64,000 bases of DNA, taken from positions 67,768,001 through 67,832,000 of the forward strand of contig CM052816.1 of NCBI GenBank assembly GCA_028534125.1. The letters run 5' to 3'. Positions 62,485 through 64,000 of the stretch are shown here, piece by piece. The position numbers were made by a program, and so were the translations under genes. Below the pieces are notes generated by a model that did not search any database, was not told the DNA's origin, and saw nothing but the letters and a program-made list of their open reading frames with translations. Source of the DNA: Lama glama. Lineage: Eukaryota. Every line of letters starts with the position of its first letter. The first letter of the stretch is position 1.

Positions 62485-62984
62485 NNNNNNNNNNNNNNNN
62501 NNNNNNNNNNNNNNNNNNNNNNNNNNNNNNNNNNNNNNNNNNNNNNNNNNNNNNNNNNNNNNNNNNNNNNNNNNNNNNNNNNNNNNNNNNNNNNNNNNNN
62601 NNNNNNNNNNNNNNNNNNNNNNNNNNNNNNNNNNNNNNNNNNNNNNNNNNNNNNNNNNNNNNNNNNNNNNNNNNNNNNNNNNNNNNNNNNNNNNNNNNNN
62701 NNNNNNNNNNNNNNNNNNNNNNNNNNNNNNNNNNNNNNNNNNNNNNNNNNNNNNNNNNNNNNNNNNNNNNNNNNNNNNNNNNNNNNNNNNNNNNNNNNNN
62801 NNNNNNNNNNNNNNNNNNNNNNNNNNNNNNNNNNNNNNNNNNNNNNNNNNNNNNNNNNNNNNNNNNNNNNNNNNNNNNNNNNNNNNNNNNNNNNNNNNNN
62901 NNNNNNNNNNNNNNNNNNNNNNNNNNNNNNNNNNNNNNNNNNNNNNNNNNNNNNNNNNNNNNNNNNNNNNNNNNNNNNNNNNNN
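62485..62984. other. Assembly gap (500 N)
   Basis: Run of N. Confidence 1.
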
Positions 62985-63049
62985 GGGTGCTATTTTATGA
63001 AGGGAATACATCACAGAAAAAGTGACATTTGAGAGGAGATCTAAAAAAG

Positions 63050-63170
63050 TCTCAATTTTCTCACCTCTAAATGGGATAATGATACTACCTCCCTCACGAG
63101 GTAGCCCTGAGAATTAGAGAACTCATTAAAGCAAAGTGCTCTACTGATGGCAGCCATAGTTATTATCATT
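63050..63170 (+). mobile_element. MIR SINE 3' half
   Basis: 'ctcaattttctcacctctaaatgggataatgatactacctccctcacgagg...aaagtgct'. Confidence 0.75.
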
Positions 63171-64000
63171 CATTTCCTCCTCTGTCAAATGGAAAAATTG
63201 AGTAGGTTTGTAAGGACTTTGCAGCAATAACTCTGCTGTGATGCTTGGTTTTTGATTTGTGTGATGAGACATGCTCTTGATGGAATTTTGGACCTAATTC
63301 TCACTCCCTGTTTATGCTTAGCATATCTGCCCAAACTACCAACCTATTTGACACCAGGCGGAGATCTGAATGCACCCCCGAGAACAACTAAGCCATATAG
63401 GAAGGGTGAGAACTCAAGGTTTAATTTCCTATGCAATACAAACTTTCACTGCAACCAAGATTCTATCTAGTGGGGAAAGTAAATGAGGTACTTCTGTTCA
63501 GCTTCATAAGGACGTTTCTGTGGATACAAGACACACCCTTGCTTGAAGGTATAATACTAAAACGCATTAAATTTTGAGTAGACAATGTATACAATGGTGC
63601 TTATTATGAAGAAACTAGGGGAAAAAAAAAAAGCTAAGGGCTTTGCCTGGTTGGTATTTCTAAAGTTAACACATCTTAAAAACCAGAGCTTCCACATTGC
63701 CGTGGTTCCACAAGATTCTGGAGTCTTCATGTTTTCCAACCAATATCTGAGACATGACTTTTGCTGCATTTGAAAGTTGTATAAAGTGCTTAAATCTGTT
63801 GAAAACATTCTTTTATCCGGAAATGTGTTTTTAAAAAAAGTGATGGGAAATTGTCTTCTGAAGTAAGCATTTGGAGAATTCCTCCCATGACTTCTGAATG
63901 TGTTTCTTTCTTTTGAATAAGAACTGCCTTCTCTAAACCCTGTGTTAGGATTTTGGTCAGTGACATGGATCTAAACCTCACTGACATGCACAGATATCCA

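Noticed and set aside
62403..63025. 183- and 203-aa ORFs
   Set aside because: Artefacts of translating through the N gap
1..64000. CRISPR array, operon or prokaryotic defence system
   Set aside because: The sequence is mammalian; no regularly spaced repeat-spacer structure or gene-dense ORFs

Overview
Mammalian genomic DNA, AT-rich and repeat-dense, most likely from a camelid (alpaca, llama or camel), judged by several short tRNA-Ala(AGC)-derived SINEs and the type of young L1 3' ends. I recognise no intact named protein-coding gene, RNA gene, CRISPR array or prokaryotic system. Nearly all listed ORFs are chance ORFs or transposon fragments. The window is an intergenic or intronic mosaic of L1s of several ages, MIR/L2, ERVL/MaLR/ERV1 solo LTRs and hAT/Tigger elements, with a 500-N assembly gap at 62485-62984. 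The best candidate for something unannotated is a GC-rich, repeat-free, strand-skewed island at about 23.8-26.7 kb. It holds three minus-strand exon-like segments with canonical splice sites that join in frame into a 91-aa ORF, or that may be the remains of a longer decayed gene. Further minus-strand exon-like pieces lie at about 12-13 kb and 22 kb. The window also records several unusual L1 integration events: a twin-primed 5' inversion, an L1 lacking its 3' UTR, a tail-less RT-core fragment, and a double-tailed insertion. Repeat family names come from recognising consensus sequences by eye and should be confirmed with RepeatMasker/Dfam.
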